Shown here: piece after piece, positions 60,329 through 64,000 of the stretch
Layout: each line of letters opens with the position of its first letter
Numbering within the stretch: position 1 is the first letter of the stretch
From: Paraspadella gotoi
Taxonomy: Eukaryota; Animalia; Chaetognatha
DNA: 64,000 nucleotides
Direction: 5' to 3'
Assembly (NCBI GenBank): GCA_051294375.1
Contig: CM119263.1
Location: forward strand, 9,087,709 to 9,151,708
The notes under the pieces: generated by a model
What the model was told of the DNA's origin: nothing
The model's database searches: none
What the model saw: the letters and a program-made list of their open reading frames with translations, nothing else
Program-made: the position numbers and the translations under genes

Positions 60329-61502
60329 TCTCTCTCTCTCTCTCTCTCGCTGGAGAAAAGAAGTACTTTGTCGAATGGCTTTCATAAGTCTGCTGCTATG
60401 CGATGAAATTGCTGGTTTTGATATTGCCTTTTTTTTGCGCGCGATAGCTGACGGTTGAGAAAGGGCAGGGGATTGGGGGGCGTAGAATGGGATTTGATTC
60501 TTTGTTGGGAGAAACAGAGAGGAAGGAGAGAAAGAGGTAAAAGTGATGTTAAACTAAGGAATATGATTGGAGGAAACATTGTTGGTGAAGTAGAAAAGAA
60601 GTAAAAATGAAAGTTGAGGTGAATGGGAACGAGGAAGAAACAAGAGAAGAACGAGGGAAGAACGAGAACGAAGAGAGAACGAACGAGAGAAGACTGAGAA
60701 CGAAGAGAGAACGAGAACGAAGAGAAAAAACGGAGAAAAGAAGAGAACGAAGAGAAGATAATAGAGTGAAAAAAGAGAAACTAGAATGAAGAGAAGAACG
60801 AGAACAAAGAGAAGAACAAAGAGCAAGAACGAAGGAAGAATAGAGACTAATGAAAAAAGACGGAACGAAGAGAAGATCGAAACGAGACGAATTAAAACGA
60901 AAGAGAGTGAGAGAAGCTGCACCCTACAGATTGTCGCGTGTTGTGACGAAATCGATTCGGTGAGAATATATTCAACGCGAGGAAGTGACAAACGTGAACG
61001 CGACATAGAAAAAAGAAAAAAAGTTTTAATAGATAAATTTTGGTTTAAGGGTAAGTAGTAAACGGAAAAAGGGAGCACAAGATTTTATATTTGAGACCAA
61101 CGAAAAAGAGAAAGCCTTCTGTGTTAGGGAAACGATAAAAAAAAAGGGAACGAAGAAAAGAAGGGAGACAAGAAAAAGGAAAAAGATGAAAATTAAAAAG
61201 AAGAATAAAATCTTCCGGAATTTTTTTTTTTTTTTGTTCTCCGAATATGAATTTCTTTTCACTCTATTGTCAGCGATTTTAATATCGCGACCGATGGAGG
61301 AAAGGAAAGAAAAAAAAAGAAAAGAAAAAGATTTCGATTTCTCGATGACGTGGAGAGGCGTGACGTGGCGCCAATGGTGACGCTCACAGAGGTGACGATC
61401 GAGTCGGAGTGACATTACGACTGAAATGACATCAAATTTTTGATTCATTACCTCAAATTACAATCTATTTTTATTACGATAGAAATTTTTAAGAATGGAA
61501 TT

Positions 61503-61523
61503 GTATGTATGTATGTATGTATG

Positions 61524-61554
<31 letters not shown>

Positions 61555-61636
61555 GTATGTATGTATGTATATATGTATGTAGGTATGTATGTATGTATGT
61601 ATGTATGTATGTATGTATGTATGTATGTATGTATCT
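61503..61636. repeat. (TATG)n microsatellite
   Basis: gtatgtatgtat... for ~130 bp with few interruptions. Confidence 0.97.
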
Positions 61637-63842
61637 ATAGGTATTTACTGCTTCAATTATGTATTTCTATTATCTATCTTTAATCCTAATCCCTGACCTT
61701 TTTTTTCCTTTCTCCTCATCTCTTTCATACCACTTTTCTACTCTCTCTCCACTTTTTTTTCCAACCCCTCTTTTTCTTTCCTCACTGTCTCTCCTCTCTT
61801 TCTTTCCTTTTCCATCCATCCCTTTTCCTCTCTTTCNNNNNNNNNNGAGAGCAAGAGGCTGAAAGCAAAAATCGCGCGTCGAGATGCAAATCTTCGCGTC
61901 AAAGAAGATTATGAAAACGAAGGATTAACGTATAATGAAGAAGGAAAACGAACGAAGCTGGAAAGAACGATCAGCGAACAAATCCAGGAACGAATTCAAA
62001 GTAGAAATGACTTTAAAAAAAAAGAAAACAAATGAACAAGAAAATGAGGGGAAACTGGGAAATATAATCGAAAAAACCACGAGAAAAAATTTGACACCTC
62101 GAAGGTTTCGAAGTGCGAACCAATCAATGTTTGACAATGAGAGTCAATCAGTGACGACGATTTGACAATGAGGGCCAATCAGCGACGACGATTTTAGAAA
62201 ATGGTGTAAGGCAAATGAGCAAGACGAGGAAATGAGTCTTCGTAATCCCGGATTTCGTGAATAGTGACTCGAGACGGTTTTGCCTCCTTTCATTTTCTCG
62301 AATCAACTCGAACCCCCACAATATCCCCTCTTTACCCTGGATATTCATAGTGTCTTTTCTTTCTTTCTTTTTCCACCTCNNNNNNNNNNNNNNNNNNNNN
62401 NNNNNNNNNNNNNNNNNNNNNNNNNNNNNNNNNNNNNNNNNNNNNNNNNNNNNNNNNNNNNNNNNNNNNNNNNNNNNNNNNNNNNNNNNNNNNNNNNNNN
62501 NNNNNNNNNNNNNNNNNNNNNNNNNNNNNNNNNNNNNNNNNNNNNNNNNNNNNNNNNNNNNNNNNNNNNCGCTAATCGGTGGGCGGCGCCAGTCCCGGCC
62601 GCCCGTCTCTCTTTTTGATGCCATTCGAGCCCATCAATGATGCCCAATGATGCCGAGACGCTTAGCCGCGCGTCTCAAAAGGCCAGAAGATTATGGCATC
62701 GAGACGCCGCCTTAGCGCCTCACTCCGGGGAGAAGAGGGAGATGGCGATGGGGGTAGTGGGGTTAGTAGGGGGAAAGGAAGGAGGTCGAACGATGTCAAA
62801 GACGAGACCAGTGGAATAATCTGACGTAAGGTAAGTTCGTTCAGTCTATTTCGATGTTCGAAAGTCGATTTTTAATGAAACTAAAAAGCGTCACAGGTTG
62901 TCGTTTCTAGTTACTTCTGATACAGTAGTGAGACTGAAGCCAAACTGTGGCTCCGCGCGCCGCTTGAGTCAAAGATTTGAATCTTTCAAAGAAAAAAAAG
63001 AACAACAAGAGTAAGAGAAGGAAAAAGGAGAAGAAGGAAGAAAGCGGATTAGTGAAAAGTTAGAAAACATTTTTTTTTATGACCAGTCGAAATAAGACNN
63101 NNNNNNNNNNNNNNNNNNNNNNNNNNNNNNNNNNNNNNNNNNNNNNNNNNNNNNNNNNNNNNNNNNNNNNNNNNNNNNNNNNNNNNNNNNNNNNNNNNNN
63201 NNNNNNNNNNNNNNNNNNNNNNNNNNNNNNNNNNNNNNNNNNNNNNNNNNNNNNNNNNNNNNNNNNNNNNNNNNNNNNNNNNNNNNNNNNNNNNNNNNNN
63301 NNNNNNNNNNNNNNNNNNNNNNNNNNNNNNNNNNNNNNNNNNNAGAGAGAGTAAACAGTTCGGGGGGAAAACAATCTGTCTCATCTGCTTGACTGAGCGC
63401 CATCCTCCGGAAATGGCAGATAGTGGAGCGGCAAGCGGCCGACACGACCGGGAGAAGAAGAGGAATGGCTTTGGGGTGGCTTTGTGGCATTGGGGAAAGT
63501 GAGGGAGGAAATGTTTTTAACAATTGTTTACAATAAGATTTAAATATTCTAAATAATTACTTTTTTAAGCCAAACTTGTAAGTATTCTCGAAAAAGAGTT
63601 TCAAAGTTCTTGACAGAAATTTCAAAGAACGGACAACGAATTTCGGCGATTCTTACTTTGAAAATGTTTGCGAACGTAAATGAATATGAAAATTTAATAA
63701 ATCGTCAAATCTCATCTTGCGCCACCCACTTTGCTTTTCCCTTATTTGTTTCTTTTTGATAACCTCTCCATTCATTATGTTTTCGCGTTTGATTCTGTTT
63801 GTTTTTGTCTGTTTTGCTCTATTTTTCTCAATTTCATCTGTC

Positions 63843-63879
<37 letters not shown>

Positions 63880-64000
63880 CTCGCTCTTTCTCCCCCGCGA
63901 TGTCTCGTTCTCTCTTTCTCTCCCTTCCTTCCTTATCTCTGTCGTCGTTTCAGGCCACAAGTGCAATGATGTGCGCCCAAGCTTACTAGAGAGAGAGAGA

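Overview
AT-rich invertebrate-type eukaryotic genomic DNA with spliceosomal introns and dense (GA)n microsatellites. It comes from a gap-patched assembly in which many segments appear two to four times as indel-ridden direct or inverted copies, often beside exact 25-N gaps. Collapsing the copies leaves four genes. (1) ~3.9-8.8 kb, minus strand: noisy exons of an intron-containing gene with apparently two tandem FAS/PKS/NRPS-type thioesterase domains. (2) ~8.9-21.3 kb: several copies of an unannotated secreted polyprotein gene that the ORF track misses. It encodes a signal peptide, a micro-exon-built pro-region, one CX3C-X10-CX3C hairpin, and then RRKR/KR-released ~60-aa eight-cysteine peptides (CX3C-X10-CX3C-X8-CX3C-X11-CX3C), with each half-peptide on its own exon. 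This is the most novel element. (3) ~31-51.5 kb: a 5-exon, 310-aa Na+/K+-ATPase beta subunit, present as several partial or noisy copies that most likely represent one gene. (4) ~44.6-45.4 kb (duplicated at ~54-55 kb), minus strand: the 3' exons of an Nkx6-class homeobox gene, tail-to-tail with the ATPase gene. All translations were made by eye; those from noisy copies are cross-copy consensus and are flagged as such.
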